From assembly GCF_964213995.1 (NCBI RefSeq), contig NW_027591667.1:1-64000 (forward strand): a stretch of DNA of 64,000 nt, read 5' to 3'. This DNA is from Mustelus asterias. Lineage: Eukaryota. The position numbers and the translations under genes were made by a program. A model generated the notes under the pieces. It saw only the letters and a program-made list of their open reading frames with translations. It did not search any database and had not been told where the DNA came from. Below, one piece after another: positions 24,966 to 37,263 of this stretch (the stretch's first letter is position 1; every line of letters starts with the position of its first letter).

Positions 24966-25345
24966 TTGTTTCACAAACCAGACACCTCATATTTGCAAAT
25001 CTTGTTTTATGTGTCATTAACAAAGACACAGCTCTAGCTCTTACCTCCTTGGGCCCTTCAGAGTTTATATGCCATTGCAAACAAATGATAATTTCCTCTA
25101 GATAGAGAATTATTACAAATGCCAAAAATCTCCACCCATGTTTGTAGCTGGGATTTTTGGGTGCTACTGAAAGTGAATGGAGTTTTGGCTGGAATGCCAA
25201 ATTCTCTGTTCTTGCTTGCAGTGGGATGGCATGAAGGAGATTGGAGAATCCCACCCAAAGTCACATCCTCATGACAACATATTTTAACCCAAACCCACAA
25301 ATACAAAAATCGTTTGGAACAAAAGTTAAGAACACTTCCTGTCAT

Positions 25346-26295
25346 ATTTGATTTGATTTATTATTGTCACATAGAACATAGAACAGTACAGCACAGAACC
25401 GGCCCTTCGGCCCACGATGTTGTGCCGAGCTTTGTCTGAAACCCAGATCAAGCTATTTCCTCCCTATCATCCCGAAGTACTCCATGTGCCTATCCAATCG
25501 CTTCTTAAATGTTCCTAAAGTTTCTGACTCCACTATCCCTGCAGGCAGTCCATTCCACACCCCAACCACTCTCTGAGTAAAAAACCTACCTCGGACATCC
25601 TTCCTATATCTCCCACCATGAACCCTATAGTTATGCCCCCTAGTTACCGCTCCATTCACCCGAGGAACGTTCACTCTATCTATCCCCCTCATCATCTTAT
25701 AAACCTCTATCAAGTCTCCTCTCAACCTCCTCCGCTCCAAAGAGAAAAGCCCAAGTTCCCTCAACCTTTCCTCATAAGACCTATCCTCCAAACCAGGCAG
25801 CATCCTGGTAAATCTCCTTTGCACTCTTTCCAGTGTCTCCACATCCTTCTTGTAGTGAGGTGACCAGAACTGCACACAATATTCCAAATGTGGTCTCACC
25901 AAGGTCCTGTACAGTTGCAGCATAACCCCACGGCTCTTAAACTCAAACCCCCTGTTAATGAACGCCAACACACTATGGGCCTTCTTCACGGCTCTATCCA
26001 CTTGAGTGGCAACCTTCAGAGATCTATGGATATGAACCCCAAGATCTCTCTGTTCCTCCACATTCTTCAGAACCCTACCTTTGACCCTGTAATCCACATG
26101 TATTAGAATACAGTGAAGAATATTGCTTCTTGTGCACTATATAGACAAAGTGTACCATATGTTCATCGAGAAGGAAAGGAGAGAGTGCAGAATGTAGTTT
26201 TACAGTCATAGCTAGGGCACAGAGAAAGATCAACTTAATGCGAGGTAGGTCCATTCAAAACACTGATGGCAGCAGGGAAGAAGCTGTTCTTGAGA
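25346..26295 (-). mobile_element. Rex1 3' UTR interrupted by a young CR1 (25373-26094)
   Basis: ORF 25453-26097 is a CR1 C-terminus; cacat at 25368-25372 and 26095-26099 splits the Rex1 tail. Confidence 0.92.
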
Positions 26296-26367
26296 CAATA
26301 TCAGAAAATCAAGGTTTCCTTCTGGTAGAGATTAGTTACGGCAATACATGGGTTTTGTTTAGAGATA

Positions 26368-27010
26368 AAGGGGTGATTCCCTGGGCTTGTTAACTCCAAT
26401 CGTGAATTGCGATGGCCCAGAGAATAGGGAGTCAACAAAAAAGTGGATTTGGCGCCAGGGCCAAACCCACTGTGACCGTCCCAGACCGCTCTGCTAGTCC
26501 AAAGCGGGCGAGAACCCGATGCATATTCAAAACTACCAACTTAAATATAATTAGCAGGTTTGCAGCCCGAGTCAAATAGCTCCCACTATTCACCCCCCTC
26601 CCCAGTGGGATTAGCACTGGGTGAGCATTCATACAGATCCTCACAATGAGGACCTGGCATCTTGGGCCCCAAGGGTCAAGGAAGCACCACCAAACCCTCA
26701 GCAATGAGAGGCATCCTCCCCTACCCTTCACATCACACAGGCATGAGGTTTATCTGACCTGACCCCACCCCCCCCCAACTCAGGCCCCCTCCCCCTCAGA
26801 TCCCCCAAACAGCTTCCCTTCCCTCCTGGACACCCCACTCAGCCTCCCTTCATGCCATAGATCTTGGCAGTACCAACAGTGCACTACCCCCTGGCACCCT
26901 GCCACTGACACCCTGGCCTAACACCTTGATCCCCATGGGGGGGGCTCAAAGAGGTAGGTCCAGTGGCCATATGCAAGGGGTAGACCTCACCACGTTCCAC
27001 CAGTTTGGGA
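26368..27010. mobile_element. GC-rich non-autonomous DNA transposon remnant (Harbinger-like)
   Basis: Starts ggggtgattccc, like the GC-rich repeats near 51027 and 59468. Confidence 0.45.
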
Positions 27011-27871
27011 GTGTTGTGGTTGAACTGCCACTTCTAGGCCTGACAGACCTGAAGCTCACCCTGGCATGGTGATTTCAGGCAGCCCTTTGATCACTATCTG
27101 CATTCCAGCCTGTCAGCTGTGCAAATTCTGAAGTGACCAGATCACTTTAACCTCCATGCCCCCTGTTCACCTGGCAGGATTTAAAATCATTGCAACACTC
27201 CATTCTACAGCAGAGATTTTCCTTTCCCCCTGTCAGAAGTTGTGCGTGTGAGCAGACCCCTTTGAAGCTCTCTGACATAGAGGAGATGTTAATTTCACCT
27301 GGGGGGGCTCCCAGTTGTGCATTCAGCCCTAATGTATGCGCACAGCTTTGATTTGAAGTTGCTGTGGTTTCCCAGCAAGCAGAACTCGTTGAAACCCTCT
27401 CCACCTGCAACAAGTTCAACGTGCAGTACCTCATAAAAGATTCAGCTGTCAGCTCAATGACCTCCAGCCACCTGTGTTTGTTTTGATTTCCTTTCCTGGT
27501 TGAATGCACCTCAAGTACCCCATTGATCTTGACAGCAATGCAGACAGAGTCTAATCCTGACTGACAGCCTGTGGTTTCACTTCTTTTACATCCCCAGAAA
27601 TGTTTTTTTTTCCAAAAAGGAACTGATTTTTACTTTCTTGAGGCTGCTACAGCACCCTGAGGTGAGCAGGCTGAATATCTACCCTGCTCACTGATTGACT
27701 AATTTCTGGATGGTGCCTTCAAACAGGCATTGGGTGTCTAAGTTACATATTTACATATCTAATCTGGAGAACAGGTACAAAAATAATTTAAAAGTTAATT
27801 GAATGATGCCCTTATCTCAAGGGGGCTGGAATACAAAAGTTAAAAGAAGTGATGCAGCAGTTGGATAAAAT

Positions 27872-28190
27872 TATAGAATAGAATATCTACAGTGCAGATG
27901 GAGGCCATTCGACCCATCGAGTCTGCACCGACCACAATCCCACCTTGGCCCTATCCCCATGCATTTACCCTCGCCAGTCCCCCTGACACTAAGGGTCAAT
28001 TTAGCATGGCCAATCCATCAACCTGTACATCTTTGCACTGTGGGAGGAAACCTGGGCACCTGGAGAAAACCCACGTGGACACGGGGAGAACGTGCAAACT
28101 CCATACAGACAGTGACCCGAAGCTGGAACTGAACTCAGGTCTCTGGCACTGTGAGGCAGCAGTGCTAACCACTGTGCACCGTGCCATCCC
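27872..28190 (-). mobile_element. HE1 V-SINE inside an old CR1 fragment
   Basis: Full head, V domain and CR1-like tail. Confidence 0.88.
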
Positions 28191-28624
28191 GATTCTGGTT
28201 AGATCATTTTGGGACCAAGTTTTAAGCATCATGCCTAAGGAAGGATTTATTAGCTCGGAAGATGAGGAAAGGGTATGAAGAGATATGTAGAAAAGGCAAA
28301 TAAATGGAATTAAAGTACAGGCCAGCCAGATACCCAACAAATTTAGCAATGGGCCCAACATCTGCGCAAAGTAGCAACAGGCCAGCCCCCTGCTAAATTG
28401 CTATGGTTTATGGCTGAAAAACTGACACAATGTAGAGCGAAATTCTCACTCTTTTGGTTACAGAAAAATTAGGCTAAAAACTGGAAATATTACCAAAAAG
28501 GCACACGTGTTGAAGTCATGGACCAATTTTCCTAAAGTTTCAGTAATCATGCAAAGGAAATGTAATTCATCCCTTAAGTTTGGTCAGGGATAAAGAATGT
28601 TCATTATGTATTACAGTTAAAAAT

Positions 28625-28830
28625 ATGGATGCGGTTTTCTGTCAGAATCTTCCAGTCCTGTCAAAGGCAAACCCTCACAACGGGTTCCCTGGTGGCAGGG
28701 CGGGTGAGTCACACAAAAAGGCATAAACATCGGTGGGACTGGAAGATTCCAGCAGCGGCCAATGGTGGGCCACCGCCACCACCAGAAAACACACCACAGC
28801 AGGAGGGCAGGACTGGAAAATCTCGCCCTA
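28625..28830. mobile_element. MITE (Harbinger-like)
   Basis: gaatcttccagtcc with inverted ggactggaagattc and ggactggaaaatc; tatg on both flanks. Confidence 0.55.
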
Positions 28831-30541
28831 TGAAATGCCCATACTTCTGTTTAATATTTATACCAATAATTCATTTAAAAATTAATGGAATTATGTAAAT
28901 ACTTAACTTAACATTCTGTGTAATTATTTGATGTGCCCTCAATAAATTAACAAGTGATTCTCATGCCTTCTGTCGTAGTGCTTTTTGCATAAGCACCTGC
29001 AAAGTCCAAATGTTACACATTATTTATTAAATCTTACATCTCTGCAAGTAAGCTGACGCAGTCAAAAAGAACTCTTCATACAAATCAACACCTGGATTAG
29101 TCCTAGAGGTAAAGTAGTGGAGGTGAAATTTTATAATCTTTGCTGACTGCCTCCTTCGATGGTACTTTGTATTCATTCAATGGATATGAGCATAATTTGC
29201 AAAGCCAGCATTTATTGCCCATTCCTGATTACAAATCTTGTTGGAGCTGCACTCATCCAGGCAAGTGGAGAGTATTTCATCACACTCCTGACTTGTGCCT
29301 TGTAGATGGTGGACAGACCTGGGGTCAGAAGATGAGTTACTCGCTCCAGATCTCCCAGTCTCTGAACTGCTCTTGCAGCCGTAGTATTTATAGGGCTGGT
29401 CCAGTTCAGTTTCTGGTTAATGGCAACGCTTAGAATATTGATAGTGGGGCATTCAGCAGTGGTAATGCTATTGAAAGTCAAAGGGAGATGGTGAGATTCT
29501 CTTTTATTTGAAATGGTCATTGCCTGGCAGCTGTGTGGTGCAGATTTCATTTCTCACTTAACAGCCAAGCCTGAAAGTTGTCTATATCTCACTGCTTGCA
29601 GGCATGGGCTTCTTCAGTATCTGAGGAATTGCAAATTGTACAGCTCACTGTGCAATTGTCAATGAACATCCCACTTCTGACTTGATGTTGGAGGGAAGGT
29701 CATTGCAGTAGCTGAGAATACTACCCTGAGAAACACTTGCAGCGATGTCCCAGGCCTAAGATGATTGGCCTCCAACAAACCCAGTTATCTTCCTTTGTGC
29801 TAAGTATGACTCTAACCATTGAAGAGTTTTACTTTTGATTCTCATTGATCTCAATTTTGTGAAGGCTGCTTGATGCTACATTTAGACAAATGCTGACCTG
29901 GTATGAAGTACAGCAAATCTCAACCCACCTTTGAAATTCAGGTCTTTTGTCAATGTTTGGACCAAGGGTGAGCTGAGACCTGAAGCCAACTGGCTCTGGT
30001 AGAACTCAAACTGAGCATCAATGAGCAAGATATTGGTGAATAAATGTTACTTGACGGCATTGCCAAGAGGACACTTTTCATCAATTTCCTGACATTTGAA
30101 AGTAGACTAACGAGGCTGCAATTGTCTAGATTAGATTTCTCGGTGCTTTTTGTAAACATTCTGGGCAGTTTTTCACATTCTTGGGTAGATGCCAGAGTTA
30201 TAGCTGTACCAGAACAGCTTGGCTATCAGCATGGCTAGTTCTAGAGCAAAGTCTCCAGTACTACAGCTAGAATATTATCAATGGTATTCACCCTTGCTGT
30301 ATGTGATGTCTTCAGTCCTTTCTTGATATTAAGTGGAGTAAACTGAATTGACTGAAGACTGGCATCAGTAATGCTGGGAATCTAAGGAGGAAGCTAAGAT
30401 GGATTATGTACTTCTAGTTGATGATGCTTGCAAATGCTTCATTTTTGCACCGACCTGATGGGCTTCACTATAATTAAGGATGGGGATGTTTGTGGAACCT
30501 TCACCTCCCATTAGTTGTTTAATTTTGCTGCGCTATTCGAT

Positions 30542-30776
30542 TTTTTTTTCACAGAGGGTGGTAAGTGCCTGGAATGAGCTGCCAGAGGAGGTGGTAGATG
30601 CAGATGCAATAGCAACAGTTAAGAGATATCTTGACAGATACATTAATAGGCAGAGAATAGAGGGATATTGACAGTGTTTGAGGCAAAAGATCTTTAGTTT
30701 CGAGACACATCATGTGTCGGTGCAGGCTTGGTGGGCCGAAGGGCCTGTTCTTGTGCTGTTCTGTTCTTTATTCTAT
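30542..30776 (+). mobile_element. CR1 3' end
   Basis: FFSQRVVSAWNELPEEVV plus tail. Confidence 0.88.
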
Positions 30777-30894
30777 TCATGGCTTAATGTGGCTGGATTG
30801 CAAATCTTTGACCTGATCTGTTGGCTGCAGGATCATTTAGCTCTGTCTATTGCATGCTGCTTCCACTGTTTGACATGCAATTACCCTGAGTTGA

Positions 30895-31003
30895 AGCTGA
30901 AATAAAAACAAAAACAATTGCTGGAAGTACTCAGCAGGTCAGACAGTATCTATAGAGTGGAACAGAGTTAACATTTCAGTTCAGGTTGACCCTTCATCAG
31001 AAT
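30895..31003 (-). mobile_element. PLE-type terminal fragment (second family)
   Basis: tgctggaagtactcagcaggtc...acatttcag...cccttcatcagaa; minus strand holds a hammerhead-like CTGATGA...GAAA. Confidence 0.6.
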
Positions 31004-31194
31004 CTGCAGCTTTACCAGGATTGGTACCTCATTTGTGGGTGTGCCTGGAGCTGCTCTGGACATTCACTGGACCATGTTTGGTCCCTCAGCTTGACTGTAG
31101 TGGGAGAGTGAAGGATATGCAGGTATGAGGTTACAGATTGTGGCTGAACACAATTCTACTGCTGCAGTTGGTTTACAGAATTCATAAATGCCCA

Positions 31195-31522
31195 GCCTTT
31201 TGGCTAAGATCAAGTGTATGGACGGCAGCCCATGGTCGGCCGCACTTGGTCGAGGTCATTAGGTTACGCTGAGGCCTCATATGTTTCATATGAAGCAATT
31301 TTTAAAAGCGGCATCTCGGCCTTTTGGCTAAGATGCAAATGAGCTCAAGTCTTGGAGGAGGATCCTCCCCCTTCTCCAATCAGCTTGGCTCATGTAGATC
31401 AGGCCCAGGACAGGGTGGTTTGGTCGCTCGCTCTGTCTTGGCAGCCTGGATCTGAAATGTCTCGACTTGTTGAGACTCTGAATTGGATTTGATTTGATTG
31501 AATTGGAAAAGTATTAAAAAAA
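31195..31522 (+). mobile_element. U2 snRNA-headed SINE-like element, copy 1
   Basis: gccttttggctaagatcaagtgta equals U2 nt 12-35; second U2 module at 31311-31350; A-tail; TSD atgcccag at 31188-31195 and 31525-31532. Confidence 0.88.
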
Positions 31523-31651
31523 TGATGCCCAGTTAGTTAGTTAGTTGTTCAATCCATTATGAATCATTCCGTTTAGCACAGTTGTATAGCCACAAATATG
31601 AAAGGGGATATGATCAGTGTGAAATGGGACTTTGGTTTCACAAGGACTATG

Positions 31652-31802
31652 GATGCTAGAACCTGAAACAAAAAGAGAAAATGTTGGAAAATCTCAGCAG
31701 GTCTGACAGCATCTATGGAGAGAAAATAGAACTAATGTTTCGAGTCTGGGTGACCACTGATGCTGTCAGAGCTGCTGAGATTTTCCAGCATTTTCTGTTT
31801 TT
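31652..31802. mobile_element. Fold-back PLE-type mini insertion
   Basis: gaaaatgttggaaaatctcagcaggtctgacagcatc and inverted gatgctgtcagagctgctgagattttccagcattttc. Confidence 0.7.
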
Positions 31803-32074
31803 GTGTCACTCCTACCAATAGTGCCTTGGACAGATGCATCTGCAACAGGTAAAATGGTGAGGATGGGGTCTACTAGGTTTTTCCCTCTTGTTGGTTCTCC
31901 CACCACCTGCCGTTGGCTCAGATCTCCCACCACCTGCTGTTCAGGATTCAGCCAGCTCAGTCAGTAGTGCTGCTAATGAGCCATTCTTAGTGGTGGACAT
32001 CAAAGTCACCAACCCAGATTACGTTCTGTGTCCTTATTACCCTCAGTACTTCTTCCAGTTGGCGAAATCTTTTG

Positions 32075-32802
32075 TTTGATTTGATTTGATTTATTATTGT
32101 CACATGTATTAACATACAGTGAAAAGTATTGTTTCTTGCGCGCTATACAGACAAAACATACCATTCATAGAGAAGGAAATGAGAGAGTGCAGAATGTAGT
32201 GCTACAGTCATAGCTAGGGTGTAGAGAAAGATCAACTTAATGTGGTGGTCCATTCAAAATCTGACAGCAGTCGGTTGTTACGTGACTTCAGACTTTTGTA
32301 TCTTTTTCCTGAAGGATGAAGGTGGAAGAGAGAATGTCCGGGGTGCATGGGGTCCTTAATTATGCTGGCTGCTTTGCCAAGGCAGCGGGAAGTGTAGACA
32401 GAGTCAATGGATGAGAGGCTGGTTTGTGTGATGGATTGGGCTACATTCACGACCTTTTGTAGTTTCTTGTGGTCTTGGACAGAGCAGGAACCATACCAAG
32501 CTGTGATACAACCAGACAGAATGATTTCTATGGTGCATCTGTAAAAGTTGGTGAGAGCCATAGCTGACATGCCAAATTTCCTTAGTCTTCTGAGAAAGTA
32601 GAAGCGTTGGTGGGCTTTCTTAACTATAGTGTCAGCATGGGAGGGCCAGGACAGGTTATTGGTGATCTGGACACCTAAAATCTTGAAGCTCTTAACCCTT
32701 TCTACTTCGTCCCCATTGATGCAGACAGGGGCATGTTCTCCTTTACACTTTCTGAAGTCGATGACCATCTCCTTTGTTTTGTTGACATTGAGGGAGAGAT
32801 AA
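32075..32802 (-). mobile_element. Rex1/Babar LINE 3' part
   Basis: VIDFRK...KAHQRFYFLRRLRKFGMS...FYRCTIE...DPMHPGHSLF in ORF 32232-32768, plus tail. Confidence 0.92.
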
Positions 32803-33886
32803 TCTTGTGATATTCTGAATTTGCACTGACTGGAGAAACATTTGACATCTACAAAAAAAATTACTGAATCTATGACCTAGTGTTGAGAGGACTGGTATTT
32901 TTCACTGGAGGCTTTCCTTAACATAATTCACTGCAGGACTGTCATGGAAGAGCAGAGGCTACAGCTGGCTCAGCTAACAGATTGAAGATCAACAATGCTC
33001 AGTCATCCTGCCTCAGGAAGGAAATGCTAACTCACGCTTTGTAGAAGTTTAAAACACCATCATTTACAATGGTATAACATAATGTGCAATTACTCAGCAG
33101 TCAACTCAACCAGTCCCCAACAGCTACACAATGTTACTACTCAGAGATCCCTTGAGTTCCTTGAATCTCCGTTTCCGTATAGTAAAAGCCAGTATTTCAA
33201 TCTTCTGGGATTTGATATCCAGTCCAAAGTAACATCCTGTAGAATATCTTTCAATGAATAATTCCTCCAAAACCACGTCTGACATCCTCAAATGTGCAGC
33301 ACCCCAAAATTCTGTTCTGCGTTCTCAGCCATCAGCTTTGACAGGAGCATGCTGAAAGGGCCAAATTTTAGGCTGGGGTCCAGCTACAAGAGCAGTATAA
33401 AAGATTGAGGCCAGGGGTGGAAATATTAATCATCAACATTCCCTAATCCTTATTTTTGTTGTTGATACATCCAGAATCAATACATCCGATGAGACTGTAT
33501 ATGTCAGATTGCTAAAATATTGGAAGGGAGGTCCTGACCAGTAGCAAAGCCTGAACCCCCGAGGAAGTTATCAAATTAAAACAAATTGTAAACCATATGT
33601 TCCTAAAAAAAGGGAGTTGGTGTGGAAAGGTGACACATACTTATTGGGAGAGATTATCAAGGTACTTTCCCCCGTTCTGTTTTTTTTTAATGATCCGGGA
33701 GAATGTTAAATAAGAGTCAGATTAGAATTCTAACCTCTAAACTATTGTAATGGTTTATGACAAAAATATGAAAGAAATACGACAAATCTCACACCCTTCT
33801 GCCTGTTGGAACCTGGTAACGATGGCTGGTCTGGAGCTTGAGAGGTCCTGGCACTGTTTACAATCCCGGTCCGAGGTGAAGTCCAA

Positions 33887-34290
33887 TGTCCTGGGGCGAA
33901 ATCCCCCTTTTACAGTGTGGCACAAACAACCTTACGCAAGACTTGGTCTCAACCCATGCTTGGAAAACAATATACAAAGATAACAATAGCAGGTCAACTT
34001 GAACTGTGATTACAGTGATACTATCATATGGTGCAAAACACAGTCGTATTCCATCCTTAGATTTCTACAGCATGGATATTGCTAAGTCGGCTGGCAAATT
34101 TATTAACTCTTTACTTTCTATACACCCCCTTTACCAGCACACCAAGAGGATTTTCTAGCCTTTTGTACTAGTAGGCACCCTTGATGTGCTGTTCATTGCA
34201 CATTGCTTTCATTGCTGTCTCAAACAAGAACCTCCTCAATGCTACAAACCTGACACAATGAACCATGTGGGATTCCTGCCCCAGGAGCTC
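33887..34290. mobile_element. Possible solo LTR or TIR element
   Basis: Inverted ends tgtcctggggcgaaatccc and gggattcctgccccagga. Confidence 0.4.
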
Positions 34291-34515
34291 CAACAACACC
34301 CATGGAATTTTGGGTGCTTTAATATACGATCATGTTGTATATGATCAATACTAACACTAATGGAAAACTACCATTTCCCTCACTGTAATTAATGACAGAC
34401 ATGTAATTCTGGAAATGAGTGCAAGTGAACATATGAACATATGAAAATTAAATTAGTTTGTGTTAAACTATTTTAGTGGAAGCATCAACCTCTTCCTTTA
34501 CAAATCACATTCATT

Positions 34516-34818
34516 TCAGTTTATTTATTAGTGTCAGAAGTTGGATCACATTAACACTGCAATGAAGTTACTGTGAAAATCCCCTAGTTGCCACACTGTG
34601 GCATCTGTTCGGGTACACCGAGGGAGAATTTAGCATGGCCAGTGAACCTAATCAGCACGTCTTTCGGACTGTGGGAGGAAACTGGAGCATCCAGAGGAAA
34701 CCCACTCACAGACACGGGGAGAATGTGCACACTCTGCACACAGAGTGACCCAAGCCAGGAATCGAATCCGGGTCCCTGAGAGCCAGCAGTGCTAACCATT
34801 GTTCCACCGTGCCGCTCC
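34516..34818 (-). mobile_element. V-SINE with non-HE1 tail
   Basis: Same family as 1644. Confidence 0.9.
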
Positions 34819-35399
34819 CAATAAGCCTATCTAAATAGCACCAAAATAAATGCTTTACATTTTGCTCCACATTTCAGAAAAAGCAATGTGGCATTAATAA
34901 TGTTAAAACATGCATTAGCTTCAAGAATAATAGTGTTTCTTTCAGGTCTTGAGCGAGTGGAAATTCTTGTTCCAGCCCCCACTGCTAATTAGGGACAACC
35001 AGCAAATCAGAAACATGGCAATAGCCATTTGCCATTTACCATTAGAGTAAATTACAAAGACAGCGGGTAAAGCTTAGTCAATGCACCAATTATTTCGGAC
35101 AGTTCAATAAGCAATTGCGCTGTGCTTTCCTATTTAATAATCTGCTGATTTTAGGCAAAGTCAGCTCTGCTCGAAGTTTCAATCAGCTGTTTGCGCCTCA
35201 TTAACATGTAATTACATTAGCAAAGAGATTGTGGATGCAACTGCTAACAATTAGGAGCAGCAGTTGCTAAGTGAGATTTCCTGTTTTTTCGAAAATATGT
35301 TAGTCATTTATCTTTTTGGTTTGTCTGTTCACCAGGTAGAGTGAGCAAATCATGCTGTCGATAACAAGCCCATTGGAAACTGCACAAAATTTGGTGCAA

Positions 35400-36400
35400 A
35401 AACAGAATGCTGCAGATATGGGAAATCTGAAATAAAACCCAATAGTGTTGGAAGTATTCAGCAGATCAGGCAGCAACTTTGGGCAGAGTTAACATTTCAG
35501 GTCTATGAACTTTCTGATGAACCAATATAAATACTTGTATTTAGCTTTTCGGTGACAGCTGTGGCTCAGTTGGTAGCACACTTGCTAAAGATGGATTCTC
35601 CAACCTTCGATCATAGCGCGAGAATCATGACTGGTCTCTACTAGCGGAGACCTGGCGCAATGGCTGCGCCAGGGGGATTGGAGGCCATTGAAGCCCATGG
35701 GTGGTCGGGGGCATGGCCAGGTGGTGTCCATCGAACCCACCTTGTGATGCCACCAGACACCCCGGCAGTGCCCACCGGACACCATGGCAGTGGCCACCAG
35801 GCACCCCAGCAGCGCCAGTTGGCTATCCTGGTGGTGCCAGATGGGCACTGCCAGTGTGCGAGAGACAGTGCAAAGGGGGTCAGGCCTGAGTGGGGGCTAT
35901 GATCGGGGTCTATGATGGATGGAGGGGGGAATCATGCAGGGGTTGGGCATGTTGGGTGTCAGGCGGGAAGACCAACCGGGAAGACTATGATGCCAGCAAC
36001 CCATGTTGGGAAGGTGGTGGGGGAACATGCTGCTGAATAGGGAGAGTTCTCGATACCCGTGGGGGGAATGAGGGGATCTCCCAGTGCACTGTGAGGTCGG
36101 GGTGCCCTTGTGAAACAGCGCTCGAGTGCTCTGAAGCTGGGCTCATCAGCATGTTTAGGCCCTGACAACCTTCCCACCAGCCACCCCGCCAGTACCAGCA
36201 CGAAACTCCCAACTCTTCGAAAAGTGACTGAATGTGGGAGGATTGCGGTGCAAAGTGTGCCTGAGAGACTGATGTGGATCGCTCTGTTAGTCTCGCCGTT
36301 ATAACACTTAGTTGTTTCTTGGCAGAGTTCCACCTGTTAACTCTCTTTCCCTCTGACACTTTTGCTGAGAATTAACAGCATTTTCTGTTTTTATTTTGGA
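35400..36400. mobile_element. Degenerate inverted PLE-type termini around a GC-rich Harbinger-like remnant
   Basis: 35400-35515 versus 36330-36400; the interior minus strand weakly resembles Harbinger GWLLG..LMTP..ERR. Confidence 0.4.
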
Positions 36401-36929
36401 ACAGGTTGTGTTTTTTACATTCTGCCCTCCCTCCTACTCATGTGCTCAAATGACGTCACCAAAATGACATCCGACTCGACACAGACAGGCGGAATGTACA
36501 CGTGGACACCATTTTGGACCTGAAATGTCATCCACGGACCTCGAAATACAGGCGCCATGCAACCCAATTTTGCTATCCCCAATTCTGTTAAATGCATTGT
36601 TTAAAATAATAAGTACTTTCTAGGTATATCAAATTTCACAGATATTTTAGTGAAAGATTGTAACTGAACTGTACTGCATAGACCAAAGCACATCAACCAG
36701 ATTATGACTCCCTAGCTGTTTTAAGAAAAAGTAATTCCAATTATAATGTCTTTCAATATTAAATGAACAACTTGAATTCAGCAGCTTTTAGCTACTGTTT
36801 TTGATAAGCAACAGTTTAGTGTATGGAGTTTTATACTGAGGACTAAAAATTTAATGTGGTGATTGTCCCTTTAAAGGCAACACAGCAGAAGAGGGTCACC
36901 TGGCTTGAGGGACCAATTTTTAAAAATTA

Positions 36930-37263
36930 ATTTGCTGGCTGGCCAGCATTTATTGCCCATCCCTAATTGCCCGAGGGCAGTTGAGAGTCAACCACATTGC
37001 TGTGGCTCTGGAGTCACATGTAGGCCAGACCAGGTAAGGATGGCAGATTTCCTTCCCTAAAGGATATTAGTGAATGAGAGTGTTTTTCCCGACAATTGAC
37101 AATGATTTCATGGTCATCAATAGATTCTTAATTTCAGATTTTTAAAAATTGAATTCAAATTCCACCATCTGCCGTGGCGGGATTTGAAACCGGGTCTCCG
37201 GAGCATTATTTGATTTTCAGGATTAATAGCCTAGTAATAATACCATTCGGCCATCACCTCCCC
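36930..37263 (-). mobile_element. tRNA-SINE family B, full length
   Basis: Matches the 17030 copy. Confidence 0.88.

Larger units (their letters stand above)
29170..32070 (-). mobile_element. Old CR1-group (Zenon-like) LINE hosting several insertions
   Basis: LSTIYKAQVRSVMKYSPLAWMSAAPT in ORF 29212-29550; decayed RT upstream; tail gccagcatttattgccc. Confidence 0.75.

Noticed and set aside
31195-31350. Functional U2 snRNA gene
   Set aside because: Only the 5' ~35 nt are present, with no Sm site or 3' stems, and the sequence sits in a tailed, TSD-flanked element
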